Shown here piece by piece: positions 27,765-36,800 of a DNA stretch of 64,000 bases; position 1 is the stretch's first letter, and every line of letters starts with the position of its first letter. The stretch is from an uncultured Actinomycetes bacterium (lineage in GTDB: Bacteria; Actinomycetota; Thermoleophilia; UBA2241). The notes below the pieces were generated by a model. It was given only the letters and a program-made list of their open reading frames with translations. It was not told where the DNA came from and did not search any database. Both the position numbers and the translations under genes were made by a program. The stretch spans positions 678,345 to 742,344 of the forward strand of contig CAVXDR010000005.1 in assembly GCA_963760655.1 (NCBI GenBank), read 5' to 3'.

Positions 27765-29000
27765 ATGAGACTGACCATCACCCGACAACGCCGCGGTGCA
27801 CGACGGACGGCGTGGAGCCTCGGCGCCGTCGCCGCCGGGCTCGGCTGCGCCGCCTGCCTGGCCGCCTGCGGCAGCGGCAGCCCGACACCCGCCGCCACCG
27901 TGACCGTCACGGCGAGCGCCTCGCCGAGCACGTCGTCGGCCACCTCGCCCAGCTCGGCGCCGCACGTCACGGCGCAGCTCGTGGTCGCCGTCGCGAGTGG
28001 GGTGAAGGCGAGCGGCGTCAGCGTCGTGAACGGCAGTGGGGTCGTGAAGCAGCTCGTGGCCCCGAGCGGCGGTCCGGTGAGCGACCTCGCCTGGTCGCCC
28101 GATGGCAGACGCCTCGCGTTCCTGCGAGCCGCGAGCCAGAGCGACTCGACGAGCAGTCTTTTCGTCTACGACACCCGCACCGGGTCGGTGACCCAGGTGC
28201 CCGTCGCCGTCTCGCCGGCGACCATCGACAGCTACGCCTGGGTGAGCGCCACGCGGCTCATAGCGGCGTACTTCCCGGCGGGCGCCAGGACCTACCGGGT
28301 GAACGGCAAGCTCTGGCTGCGCGACGTGGCGAAGGGCATCGGCTGGCCGGCCAAGGACGACGGCGGCCACCTGATGAGGGGCACCTCGGTCTCGTCGTCG
28401 GCCGACGGCACCCACGTGGCCTACGTCAGCTACGGCGCCCTGTCCGGCGGCAGCATCCCCGAGAAGCTGCGTGTCTACGACACCGCGACACTCGCCGTCT
28501 CCACGGTGGCGACCGGCGCGGCTCCGGGCGAGACCGACGGCGACCAGTTCACCTGGCCGGTGATCTCGCCGGACGGTTCGATGATCGCCACCGAGCAGAC
28601 CGGCAGCGACATCGGCTTCGGCCTCACGGTCTACGGCGTCGACGGCGCCCAGCGCCTCAAGAAGAGCGGCCTCATCTGGCCGACGCGGCCCGCCTGGACC
28701 GCGCAGGGGCAGCGCCTCGCCTTCGGCGGCGCCTCGGGGCTGAGCAGCAGCGAGCACGACGCGCTCAACACCTGGACGCCGGGGGCGAGCATGACGACGG
28801 CCGTGGTGACCGCGCTCAAGCGGCCGGTCACGGGTGTCGCCTGGACTCCCAAGGCCTCGCAGATCGCCTACGCGGTGGCCGACGCGACCGGCCTGCAGAG
28901 CGTCCTCTGGATCGCCACGGCCGGCGGCGCCAGCCGCCACGTGCTCATCGCCCACGGCGGCTCGCCGGCCTGGGCGATCGCGCCGATCGCCTTCCCCTGA
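27765..29000 (+). CDS. Lipoprotein with TolB-like (PD40) beta-propeller
   Basis: Lipobox LAAC, Ser/Thr linker, repeats AWSPDGRRLAF, SSADGTHVAY, ISPDGSMIA, AWTPKASQIAY; SD GAGGAG. Confidence 0.8.
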   Translation: MRLTITRQRRGARRTAWSLGAVAAGLGCAACLAACGSGSPTPAATVTVTASASPSTSSATSPSSAPHVTAQLVVAVASGVKASGVSVVNGSGVVKQLVAPSGGPVSDLAWSPDGRRLAFLRAASQSDSTSSLFVYDTRTGSVTQVPVAVSPATIDSYAWVSATRLIAAYFPAGARTYRVNGKLWLRDVAKGIGWPAKDDGGHLMRGTSVSSSADGTHVAYVSYGALSGGSIPEKLRVYDTATLAVSTVATGAAPGETDGDQFTWPVISPDGSMIATEQTGSDIGFGLTVYGVDGAQRLKKSGLIWPTRPAWTAQGQRLAFGGASGLSSSEHDALNTWTPGASMTTAVVTALKRPVTGVAWTPKASQIAYAVADATGLQSVLWIATAGGASRHVLIAHGGSPAWAIAPIAFP

Positions 29001-29004
29001 GCCC

Positions 29005-29048
29005 CACAAGGGGGCGGACGGCCGCGCCCGGCCGTCCGCCCCCTTGTG
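29005..29048. terminator. Hairpin with a 20-bp perfect stem after the lipoprotein gene
   Basis: cacaagggggcggacggccg-cgcc-cggccgtccgcccccttgtg. Confidence 0.7.
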
Positions 29049-29093
29049 AAATAACGGACAAGTATTGCCCGCTTTCTGGCGCGCCTTTACACT
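29044..29093 (+). promoter_or_regulatory. Sigma70-type promoter of the hdr-flx operon with a candidate Rex operator
   Basis: TTGTGAA-ATAA-CGGACAA (29044-29061) matches 11 of 14 positions of the Rex consensus TTGTGAA-N4-TTCACAA; -35 TTGCCC 29065, 17-bp spacer, -10 TACACT 29088. Confidence 0.55.
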
Positions 29094-29187
29094 ATGAGCG
29101 TAGCTTTTACTCGGCGACGGCGCGGCTCGCGCCGCGCCATCCGCGCCCGGGCCACCCGCGGCGCCCACGCGACGAGAGGCAGACGCC

Positions 29188-29817
29188 ACGACCAGCTCGA
29201 CCGCCTCGACCAGCGCAGCCGACCGCGGCTCGACGTCGCTCGAGCCTCTGGCCGCCTACGTGCGCCGCACGGCGGCGACCGACGTGGCGCGTTGCTACCA
29301 GTGCGGCAAGTGCTCCGCCGGCTGCCCGATGGGCCCCGAGATGGCGCTGCCGCCCCACACCATCATGCGTCTTGCGCTCGCGAACGACCGCGCCCGGCTG
29401 TTCGCCGACGAGTCGCTGTGGCTCTGCCTCACCTGCGAGACCTGCAGCGCGCGCTGCCCCAAGGACGTCGACCCGGCGCGCGTGATCGACGCGCTGCGCG
29501 AGCTCGCGGCGATCGAGGACGCCGAGCACGCTCCCCGCGCCGTACGCGCCTTCCACCAGGCGTTCCTCGAGCAGATCCGCACCAACGGCCGCCTGTCGGA
29601 GGTCGGCCTCGTCATGCAGTACAAGCTGCGCAGCGGCGCCCTGCTGCAGGACGTCGCGACCGCGCCGGCCATGCTGCGCCGCGGCAAGCTGCCGCTGCGC
29701 CCCGAGCGCATCGCCGGCGCCGCCGACGTGCGGCGTCTCATGGCGGCCTGCGAGCGCGCACGGACCGGCGCCGCGCGCGGTCTCGGCCGGGCGGGCCACG
29801 ACGAGGGTCGGGCGTGA
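29188..29817 (+). CDS. hdrC: Heterodisulfide reductase subunit C-like (2x[4Fe-4S])
   Basis: CYQCGKCSAGCP and LWLCLTCETCSARCP. Start ambiguous: SD-backed ACG at 29188 or GTG at 29260. Confidence 0.9.
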   Translation, partial: TTSSTASTSAADRGSTSLEPLAAYVRRTAATDVARCYQCGKCSAGCPMGPEMALPPHTIMRLALANDRARLFADESLWLCLTCETCSARCPKDVDPARVIDALRELAAIEDAEHAPRAVRAFHQAFLEQIRTNGRLSEVGLVMQYKLRSGALLQDVATAPAMLRRGKLPLRPERIAGAADVRRLMAACERARTGAARGLGRAGHDEGRA

Positions 29818-30830
29818 GCCTCGCCTACTACCCTGGCTGCTCCATGCACGGCACCTCGCGCGAGTACGAGGAGAGCCTGCTCGCGGTCGCGGTCGCGCTC
29901 GGCGTCGAGCTCGACCAGCTCGACGACTGGAGCTGCTGCGGGGCAAGCTCGGCACACGCCGCCGACCATCTGCTGGGCGTCGCCCTGCCGGCCCGCAACC
30001 TCGCCCTCGCCGAGGCGCAGGGCGCCGACCGCGTCCTCGCCCCGTGCGCCGCCTGCTACAACCGTCTGTCGGGCGCGGCCCACGCGGTCGCCGAAGAGCC
30101 CGGCCTGGCGGCCAGGGTGGCCGACGTGCTCGAGCGGCCGTTCGCCAACACCGTCAAGGTGCAGAGCGTCGTCGAGCTGCTGCGCGGCCTCGCGCCGGCC
30201 ATCGAGGAGCGCGTCGCGGCGCGCCTCGAACCCAACCCGCTCGAGCATCTGAGCGTGGCCGCCTACTGGGGCTGCCTGCTGGTGCGACCGCCCCAGGCGA
30301 CCGGCTTCGACGACGCCGAGCAGCCGGTCGGCATGGACGAGGTGGTCACCGCCTGCGGCGCCCGCCCGGTGCGCTGGAACATGGCGGTCGAGTGCTGCGG
30401 CGGCGCCTTCTCGATCGCCCGCACGAGCTCGGTGCTGCGCCTGAGTCGCGCCATCATCGACGACGCCCGGCGCTGTGGCGCCGACGCCATCGTGGCGGCC
30501 TGCCCGCTCTGCCACGCCAACCTCGACTTTCGTCAGAGCGCGATGAGCCTCAAGGGCGCCCCGCCGATGCCGGTGCTCTACATCACCCAGCTCGTCGGCC
30601 TCGCCCTGGGGCTGCCGCTCGACCTGCTCGGCTTCGACCGTCATTTCGTCGACACCCAGCCGCTGCTCGCCCGCCTGGCCGACGACGCCCGGCGGGCGGC
30701 CACCGAGGCCGCCGCGCGCGAGACCGCGCGCGCCGCCAAGGCCGCCGCGCGCGCTCAGGCCGGCGTCGCGGCCGCGACGCCGGGGGGCGGCGGCGGCGAG
30801 AGCACGGCGCCCGCCGGAGCCGCGCCATGA
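29814..30830 (+). CDS. hdrB: Heterodisulfide reductase subunit B-like (CCG domains)
   Basis: YYPGCSMH, DWSCCGASSAH, PCAACY, AYWGCLLVRP, ECCGG, ACPLCHANLD. GTG overlaps the hdrC stop. Confidence 0.93.
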   Translation: MSLAYYPGCSMHGTSREYEESLLAVAVALGVELDQLDDWSCCGASSAHAADHLLGVALPARNLALAEAQGADRVLAPCAACYNRLSGAAHAVAEEPGLAARVADVLERPFANTVKVQSVVELLRGLAPAIEERVAARLEPNPLEHLSVAAYWGCLLVRPPQATGFDDAEQPVGMDEVVTACGARPVRWNMAVECCGGAFSIARTSSVLRLSRAIIDDARRCGADAIVAACPLCHANLDFRQSAMSLKGAPPMPVLYITQLVGLALGLPLDLLGFDRHFVDTQPLLARLADDARRAATEAAARETARAAKAAARAQAGVAAATPGGGGGESTAPAGAAP

Positions 30831-32851
30831 GCCGCATCGGCGTCTTCGTCTGTCACTGCGGCGAGAACATCGCCCGCACGGTCGACTGCGCGGCCGTCGC
30901 CGACGCCCTGCGCGAGCACCCCGGCGTGGTGCGCGCCGAGGACTACAAGTACATGTGCTCCGACCCCGGCCAGCAGCTCGTCAAGAAGGCGATCGAAGAG
31001 GACGGACTCACCGGCGTCGTGGTCTGCGCCTGCTCGCCCCACATGCACGAGACGACCTTCCGCCGGGCGGCCGCGCAGGCCGGTCTCAACCCCTTCGTGG
31101 TCGAGATGGCCAACGTCCGCGAGCACTGCTCGTGGATCCACGACGACCGCGAGCGCGCCACGGCCAAGGCGATCGACATCGGCCGCACCATCGTCGAGAA
31201 GGTCAAGCAGGACCGCCCGCTCGAGACCATCCGTATCCCCGTCACCAAGCGGGCGCTCGTGATCGGCGGCGGCATCGCCGGTATCCAGGCGGCGCTCGAC
31301 ATCGCCGACGGCGGCCACGAGGTCGTGCTGGTCGAGAAGGAGGCCTCGATCGGCGGCCACATGAGCCAGCTCTCCGAGACCTTCCCCACGCTCGACTGCT
31401 CGCAGTGCATCCTCACGCCGCGCATGGTCGAGGCCTACCAGCACCCGCGCATCACGTTGCACACCTGGAGCGAGGTCGAGAAGGTCGACGGCTACATCGG
31501 CAACTTCGCCGTGACGATCCGCAAGAAGGCGCGCTCGGTCGACGAGAACCTCTGCAACGGCTGCGGCGACTGCCAGGCGGCCTGCCCGAGCCGCAAGATC
31601 GCGAGCGAGTTCGACGCCGGCCTGGGCAGGCGCACCGCCATCTCCACACCCTTCCCGCAGGCCGTGCCCAACATCCCGGTGCTCGACCGCGCCAACTGCA
31701 CGCTGTTCAAGGGCCGCGCCAAGGGCCTGGCCAAGGACGCTTGCGGCAAGTGCAAGGAGGCCTGCCTCAAGGGTGCGATCGACTACGACACCGAGGACGC
31801 GTTCGTGACCGAGGAGGTCGGCGCGATCGTGGTGGCTACCGGCTTTCAGCTCTACGACATCGGCCGGGAGCAGCCTGCCGGCCTCAAGGGCTACGGCGAG
31901 TACGGCTACGGCGAGGTGCCCGACGTGATCGACGGGCTGCAGTTCGAGCGCCTGGCGAGCGCGTCCGGGCCGACCGGCGGCGAGATCCTGCGGCCCTCTG
32001 ACGGCGCCGTGCCGAAGACCGTCGTGTTCGTGAAATGCGTGGGCTCGCGCGACCCCGAGAAGGGCATGTCGTACTGCTCCAAGATCTGCTGCATGTACAC
32101 CGCCAAGCACACCATGCTCTACAAGCACAAGGTGCACGACGGGCGCGCCGTGGTCTTCTACATGGACATCAGGGCGGCCGGCAAGGGCTACGACGAGTTC
32201 AGCCGGCGGGCGATCGAAGAGGACGGCGCCGAGTACGTGCGCGGCCGCGTGAGCCGCATCTTCCGCGACGGCGACGTGGTGAAGGTCTGGGGCTACGACA
32301 CGCTGTCGGGCCGCCAGGTCGTGATCGACGCGGACATGGTCGTGCTGGCCACCGCCGTGCGGCCCCAGCCGGGCATCGCCGAGCTCGCCCAGAAGCTGTC
32401 GGTGAGCTACGACCAGGACGGCTTTCTGAACGAGGCGCACCCCAAGCTGCGCCCGGTCGAGACCAACACCGCCGGCGTCTACCTGGCCGGCGCCTGCCAG
32501 GCGCCGCGCGACATCCCCGAGTCGGTCGCCATGGCCAGCGCGACGGCCGCCAAGGTGCTCGGCCTGTTCAGCGCCGACGAGCTCGAGCGCGACCCGTCGG
32601 TGGCCCTCGTGAACGAGCGCACCTGCAGCGGCTGCTTCCATTGCGAGCGCGTCTGCCCCTACGGTGCGATCGAGCACCGCGACGTCTGCGACATGGAGGG
32701 CCACGTCTGCGGCCACGTCGCCTGGGTGAACCCCGGCGTCTGCCAGGGCTGCGGCACCTGCGTGGCGGTGTGCCCCTCCAAGAGCGTCGAGCTGGCCGGT
32801 TTCACCGACAGCCAGGTCTACGCCGAGATCAACGCTTTGGCGGGGTGGTGA
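30827..32851 (+). CDS. hdrA: Heterodisulfide reductase subunit A (FAD, Fe-S; electron-bifurcating)
   Basis: RIGVFVCHCGENIA, YMCSDPGQ, ACSPHMHE, NVREHCSW, IGGGIAG, TFPTLDCSQCILTP, CVGSRD..YCSKICCMY, C-terminal ferredoxin motifs. Confidence 0.96.
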   Translation: MSRIGVFVCHCGENIARTVDCAAVADALREHPGVVRAEDYKYMCSDPGQQLVKKAIEEDGLTGVVVCACSPHMHETTFRRAAAQAGLNPFVVEMANVREHCSWIHDDRERATAKAIDIGRTIVEKVKQDRPLETIRIPVTKRALVIGGGIAGIQAALDIADGGHEVVLVEKEASIGGHMSQLSETFPTLDCSQCILTPRMVEAYQHPRITLHTWSEVEKVDGYIGNFAVTIRKKARSVDENLCNGCGDCQAACPSRKIASEFDAGLGRRTAISTPFPQAVPNIPVLDRANCTLFKGRAKGLAKDACGKCKEACLKGAIDYDTEDAFVTEEVGAIVVATGFQLYDIGREQPAGLKGYGEYGYGEVPDVIDGLQFERLASASGPTGGEILRPSDGAVPKTVVFVKCVGSRDPEKGMSYCSKICCMYTAKHTMLYKHKVHDGRAVVFYMDIRAAGKGYDEFSRRAIEEDGAEYVRGRVSRIFRDGDVVKVWGYDTLSGRQVVIDADMVVLATAVRPQPGIAELAQKLSVSYDQDGFLNEAHPKLRPVETNTAGVYLAGACQAPRDIPESVAMASATAAKVLGLFSADELERDPSVALVNERTCSGCFHCERVCPYGAIEHRDVCDMEGHVCGHVAWVNPGVCQGCGTCVAVCPSKSVELAGFTDSQVYAEINALAGW

Positions 32852-32856
32852 GCGCT

Positions 32857-33483
32857 ATGACGGCCGAGCAGAGCGACGCGCACGGCGCGACCACCGGGGT
32901 GATCGGCGCCGGCCACGACGACTCGGCGAGCTTCGAGCCGCGCATCACCGCCTTCGTGTGCAACTGGTGCACCTACACCGGCGCCGACCTGGCCGGCACC
33001 AGCCGGCTGCCCATGGCGAGCAACGTGCGCATCATCCGTCTGCCCTGCACCGGCCGCATCGACCACCTCTTCGTGGTGAAGGCCTTCGAGCGCGGCGCCG
33101 ACGGGGTGATCGTGAGCGGCTGCCACCCGGCCGACTGCCACTACACGGCCGGCAACTATCACGCCCGGCGGCGTTTCGGCGTGTTCCGCGAGCTGCTGTC
33201 GTTCCTGGGGGTCGATCCCCGTCGGCTCACCTTCTCGTGGGTCTCGGCCTCCGAAGGCGGCAAGTGGGCCGACGTCGTGAACGAGACCGTCGCCCGGGTG
33301 CGCGAGCTGGGCCCGTTCGAGGCCTACCACCGGCTCGCCGACGCGCCGCTGCCCGACGGCGACCCGCTGGCCTCCGTCGACCTGAGCGACGCCCGCGGCC
33401 CGCTCGAGGCGGCCGGCAGCGACGGAGCGCACACGACCGGCGCCGGCGCGCCCGATCCGACCTCCGAAGGGGCCCCCCGATGA
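32857..33483 (+). CDS. flxD: MvhD/FlxD [2Fe-2S] subunit
   Basis: AFVCNWCTYTGADLAG, LPCTGRID, GADGVIVSGCHPADCHY, WVSASEG. Confidence 0.92.
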   Translation: MTAEQSDAHGATTGVIGAGHDDSASFEPRITAFVCNWCTYTGADLAGTSRLPMASNVRIIRLPCTGRIDHLFVVKAFERGADGVIVSGCHPADCHYTAGNYHARRRFGVFRELLSFLGVDPRRLTFSWVSASEGGKWADVVNETVARVRELGPFEAYHRLADAPLPDGDPLASVDLSDARGPLEAAGSDGAHTTGAGAPDPTSEGAPR

Positions 33484-34358
33484 GCGAGCTGCAGGACACC
33501 GCGCGGCGCCTGTTCGAGGACGGCACGGTCCAGGTCGTGATCGGTTGGGAGGCCGGCCGGCGCGGCGTGCGCCCCGTCTTCGTGACCGCCCCGGGCGAGT
33601 GCGACCGGCTGATCTTCGACGCGCGCTGCGTGCACGACCTGGCCGTCTTTCTGAACCCGCGCCGCTCGCCGGTCGCGGCGCTCGGCAAGGCCGCGCTCGT
33701 GGTCAAGGGCTGCGACGCCAAGGCGGTCGCCGGGCTGCTGCGCGAGTCGCAGCTCGGCCGCGACGAGGTCGTGCTGATCGGCGTGCGCTGCGGCGGGGTC
33801 GCCGCAGGGCCCGAGGGGTCCGAGCCGCCGACACTCACCGCCGAGTCGGTCGCCGCGCGCTGCCACGGCTGCGATGTGCGCGAGCCGGCCGGGGTCGACG
33901 TGCTGGTCGGCGAGCCGCAGCCCGAGCCGCCGGTCGCGACCACGCTCGACGAGCGTGTGGCGGCGCTCGACGCCCTGAGCCCCGCCGAGCGCCTTGCCTT
34001 CTGGACCGAGGAGCTCTCACGCTGCACGCAGTGCTACGCCTGTCGCCAGGCCTGCCCGCTGTGCTACTGCGAGCGCTGCGTCGTCGAGAAGAGCGAGCCG
34101 CAGTGGGTCGAGACCTCGCCGCATGCGCGCGGCAACTTCGCCTGGCACCTCACGCGCGCCCAGCACCTCGCGGGCCGCTGCGTCGGCTGCGGCGAGTGCG
34201 AGCGGGCCTGCCCGGTCGCCATCCCGCTGGGCCTCATCAACCGCAAGCTGCAGCAGGTCGTCTACGAGCTCTACGGCTACACCGTGAGCGACGACCCGGC
34301 CGTGCCGGCGCCGATCGGCGCCTACGCCGTCGACGACACCCAGGACTTCATCCGATGA
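33480..34358 (+). CDS. flxC: FlxC-like 4Fe-4S dicluster protein
   Basis: KGCDAK, CTQCYACRQACPLCYCERC, HLAGRCVGCGECERACP; position in the operon. Confidence 0.8.
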   Translation: MSELQDTARRLFEDGTVQVVIGWEAGRRGVRPVFVTAPGECDRLIFDARCVHDLAVFLNPRRSPVAALGKAALVVKGCDAKAVAGLLRESQLGRDEVVLIGVRCGGVAAGPEGSEPPTLTAESVAARCHGCDVREPAGVDVLVGEPQPEPPVATTLDERVAALDALSPAERLAFWTEELSRCTQCYACRQACPLCYCERCVVEKSEPQWVETSPHARGNFAWHLTRAQHLAGRCVGCGECERACPVAIPLGLINRKLQQVVYELYGYTVSDDPAVPAPIGAYAVDDTQDFIR

Positions 34359-35590
34359 GCGACGAGTCGTCATTGCTCGGGCAGGCGCGGCTGCGTGACG
34401 CGCTCGGGCAGACGAGCGACCAGTCGAGCGGCGCCCCGCGCCGCGTGCTGCTGCTCACCCATGACGACCTCGCGGGCCTCGTCGAGGAGCTCGCGGCGCG
34501 CGGCGCGCCGGCGGTGGCGCCGGCGTGGGCCGGCGGAGCCGGCCGCGCCGCCGGCGCCCCCGGCGCGCCGCGCGAGACCGAGTACCGGGCGGTGACGGCC
34601 GCGGCCGAGCTCGCCCTGGGCGAGCGGCTGCCGCGCCTCTCCCTCAAGCAGCTCTTCCTGCCGCAGACCGAGGTGCTCTTCTCGTGGCGCCGCACCGGCG
34701 GCGACGTCGAGCTCACCCCGGCCTCGACCGACCTGCCGCCGCGCGTCGTGCTGGGCGCACGGCCCTGCGACGCCGCCGCCCTGCCCATCGTCGACCGCGT
34801 GATGAACTGGGACTACGCCGACGAGCTCTGGAACGCGCGGCGGGCGGCGACCACGGTGTTCAGCCTGGCGTGCGGCGTCGAGGACGACTCGTGCTTCTGC
34901 TCGGCCGTGTTCCTCGACCCGGCGACCGAGCGCGGGTCGGACGGCCGCCTCACACCGGTCGACGGCGGCTACCTGGTCGAGACCTTCAGCGACAGGGGCG
35001 AGGCCTTCACGGCGGCTCACCCCAGACGTTTCGCCGAGCTGCCCGACGGCCCGGCCGGCGACCGGCCGCAGGCCCAGGCCGCCGCCTATCGCGCCGCGGC
35101 CCGCGAGCGCGTGGCCGCCAACCTGCGCCTCGACCACGACCGCGTGCGCGACTGGCTCGAGCACCACTTCGACGACCCCTTCTGGGCCACTCTCGGGCCG
35201 CGCTGCAACGGCTGCGGCGTGTGCTCGTCGGTCTGTCCCACCTGCCACTGCTTCGACATCGTCGACGAGCCCGAGAGCGTGGGTCACGGCGTGCGGCGCC
35301 GCAACTGGGACACCTGCCAGACCTGCGTCTTCACCCGGCACGCCTCGGGCCACAATCCGCGCGCCGACCAGAACGCGCGCTACCGCCAGCGCGTCGAGCA
35401 CAAGTTCCTGGTCTACCCGAGCCGCTTCGGCGACGTGCTGTGCACCGGCTGCGGCCGCTGCTCGCGCGCCTGCCCCACCGGTCAGGACCTGAGTGAGATC
35501 CTGGGCGCGATCGACGAACGAGCGGCCGGCGTCAGCGCGGGTGACGGGGCGACCGGCGAGACCGCCGGGCAGGACGGCGCCGCCTCGTGA
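34355..35590 (+). CDS. flxB: FlxB-like (AsrA/HydB-type) 4Fe-4S protein
   Basis: KQLFLPQTEVLF, GARPCD, CFC, CNGCGVCSSVCPTCHCFD, RRRNWDTC, RYRQRVEHKF, CTGCGRCSRACP. Confidence 0.82.
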   Translation: MSDESSLLGQARLRDALGQTSDQSSGAPRRVLLLTHDDLAGLVEELAARGAPAVAPAWAGGAGRAAGAPGAPRETEYRAVTAAAELALGERLPRLSLKQLFLPQTEVLFSWRRTGGDVELTPASTDLPPRVVLGARPCDAAALPIVDRVMNWDYADELWNARRAATTVFSLACGVEDDSCFCSAVFLDPATERGSDGRLTPVDGGYLVETFSDRGEAFTAAHPRRFAELPDGPAGDRPQAQAAAYRAAARERVAANLRLDHDRVRDWLEHHFDDPFWATLGPRCNGCGVCSSVCPTCHCFDIVDEPESVGHGVRRRNWDTCQTCVFTRHASGHNPRADQNARYRQRVEHKFLVYPSRFGDVLCTGCGRCSRACPTGQDLSEILGAIDERAAGVSAGDGATGETAGQDGAAS

Positions 35591-36435
35591 GCGCCGCGCC
35601 CGCGCCCAACCTGTACCAGCCCGACCTCGTCGTGGTCGAGGCGATCACCGACGAGACGCCCGACACCCGCACCTACCGCCTGCGCTTTCGCGACCCCGAG
35701 CGCGCCGCGGCCTTCTCGTTCCGGGCCGGCCAGTTCGGCGAGTACTCGGTGTTCGGCGCCGGCGAGTCGACCTTCTGCATCGCCAGCCCGCCGACGCGGA
35801 CCGGCTACCTGGAGTGCACGGTCAAGGCCGCCGGCAAGGTCACCGGCAGCCTGGGCCAGGTCGACGTCGGCGACCTGCTCGGCTTTCGCGGTCCCTACGG
35901 CAACGCCTTCCCGGTCGAAGAGTGGGAGGGCCGCGACCTCGTCTTCATCGCCGGCGGCATCGGCCTGGCGCCGGTGCGCTGCGTCATCTGGAACGTGCTC
36001 GACCGGCGCGAACGCTACGGCGACGTGACGATCGTCTACGGCGCCCGCAGCGTGGCCGACCTCGTCTACAAGCGCGAGCTCGACGAGTGGGCCGGGCGCG
36101 ACGACGTGCGCCTCGTCACCACGGTCGACCCGGGCGGCCAGACGCCCGACTGGAGGGGCGAGGTGGGTTACGTGACGCCGGTGGTCGAGCAGGCGGCGCC
36201 GCGCGCCGAGGGCGCCATCGCCGTGCTCTGCGGACCGCCGATCGTGGTCAAGCTGACGCTGCCGGTCCTGGCCGGGCTGGGCTTCGCCGACGAGGCTGTC
36301 TACACGACGCTCGAGAACCGCATGAAGTGCGGCGTCGGCAAGTGCGGGCGCTGCAACATCGGCTCGGTCTACGTCTGCAAGGACGGTCCGGTGTTCACCG
36401 CCGCCCAGCTCAAGGAGCTGCCGCAGGACTACTGA
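35587..36435 (+). CDS. flxA: FlxA-like FAD/NAD(P)H oxidoreductase (AsrB/HydG-type) with [2Fe-2S]
   Basis: GQF, RGPYGNAF, AGGIGLAP, YGARS, CGPP, LENRMKCGVGKCGRCN..VCKDGPVF. Confidence 0.88.
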   Translation: MSAAPAPNLYQPDLVVVEAITDETPDTRTYRLRFRDPERAAAFSFRAGQFGEYSVFGAGESTFCIASPPTRTGYLECTVKAAGKVTGSLGQVDVGDLLGFRGPYGNAFPVEEWEGRDLVFIAGGIGLAPVRCVIWNVLDRRERYGDVTIVYGARSVADLVYKRELDEWAGRDDVRLVTTVDPGGQTPDWRGEVGYVTPVVEQAAPRAEGAIAVLCGPPIVVKLTLPVLAGLGFADEAVYTTLENRMKCGVGKCGRCNIGSVYVCKDGPVFTAAQLKELPQDY

Positions 36436-36515
36436 GCCTCGGCTCCGGCCGCCGCCACGCGCGGCCATACGGTCGGCCTCGCCCGTCGCGATGGCGAGCG
36501 GTACGTGAAGATGCG

Positions 36516-36592
36516 TGGCGGGAGCGACGAGACTCGAACTCGCGACCTCCGGCGTGACAGGCCGGCGTTCTAACCAGCTGAACTACGCCCCC
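36516..36592 (-). tRNA. tRNA-Asp (GTC)
   Basis: GGGGGCGTAGTTCAGCTGGTTAGAACGCCGGCCT-GTC-ACGCCGGAGGTCGCGAGTTCGAGTCTCGTCGCTCCCGCCA; encoded CCA; upstream -10 TACAAT at 36652-36657. Confidence 0.97.
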
Positions 36593-36800
36593 GCGAAGAA
36601 GCGCACGACCGGCGGCCCACGGCACACCGGTCGGCAGTGCAGCGACGACGGATTGTAGCAGATGCGGAGGGGGCGGCAAAACCTGCGGGCGTTGGCGAGG
36701 CGCCGGCCGGCGGGGCGAGAGGGGAGCGACGGGAGCGCGACCGCCGCGACACGATACGCTGCGGGCAGACCTCGTCCCCGCGCGATACGATGGCCCGACC

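Noticed and set aside
30827-33483. Selenocysteine in HdrA or MvhD/FlxD
   Set aside because: Both frames are open, with Cys at the relevant motifs and no in-frame TGA.
33480-36435. Anaerobic sulfite reductase AsrABC or sulfhydrogenase
   Set aside because: No siroheme AsrC or NiFe large subunit; the order after hdrCBA-mvhD fits Flx.
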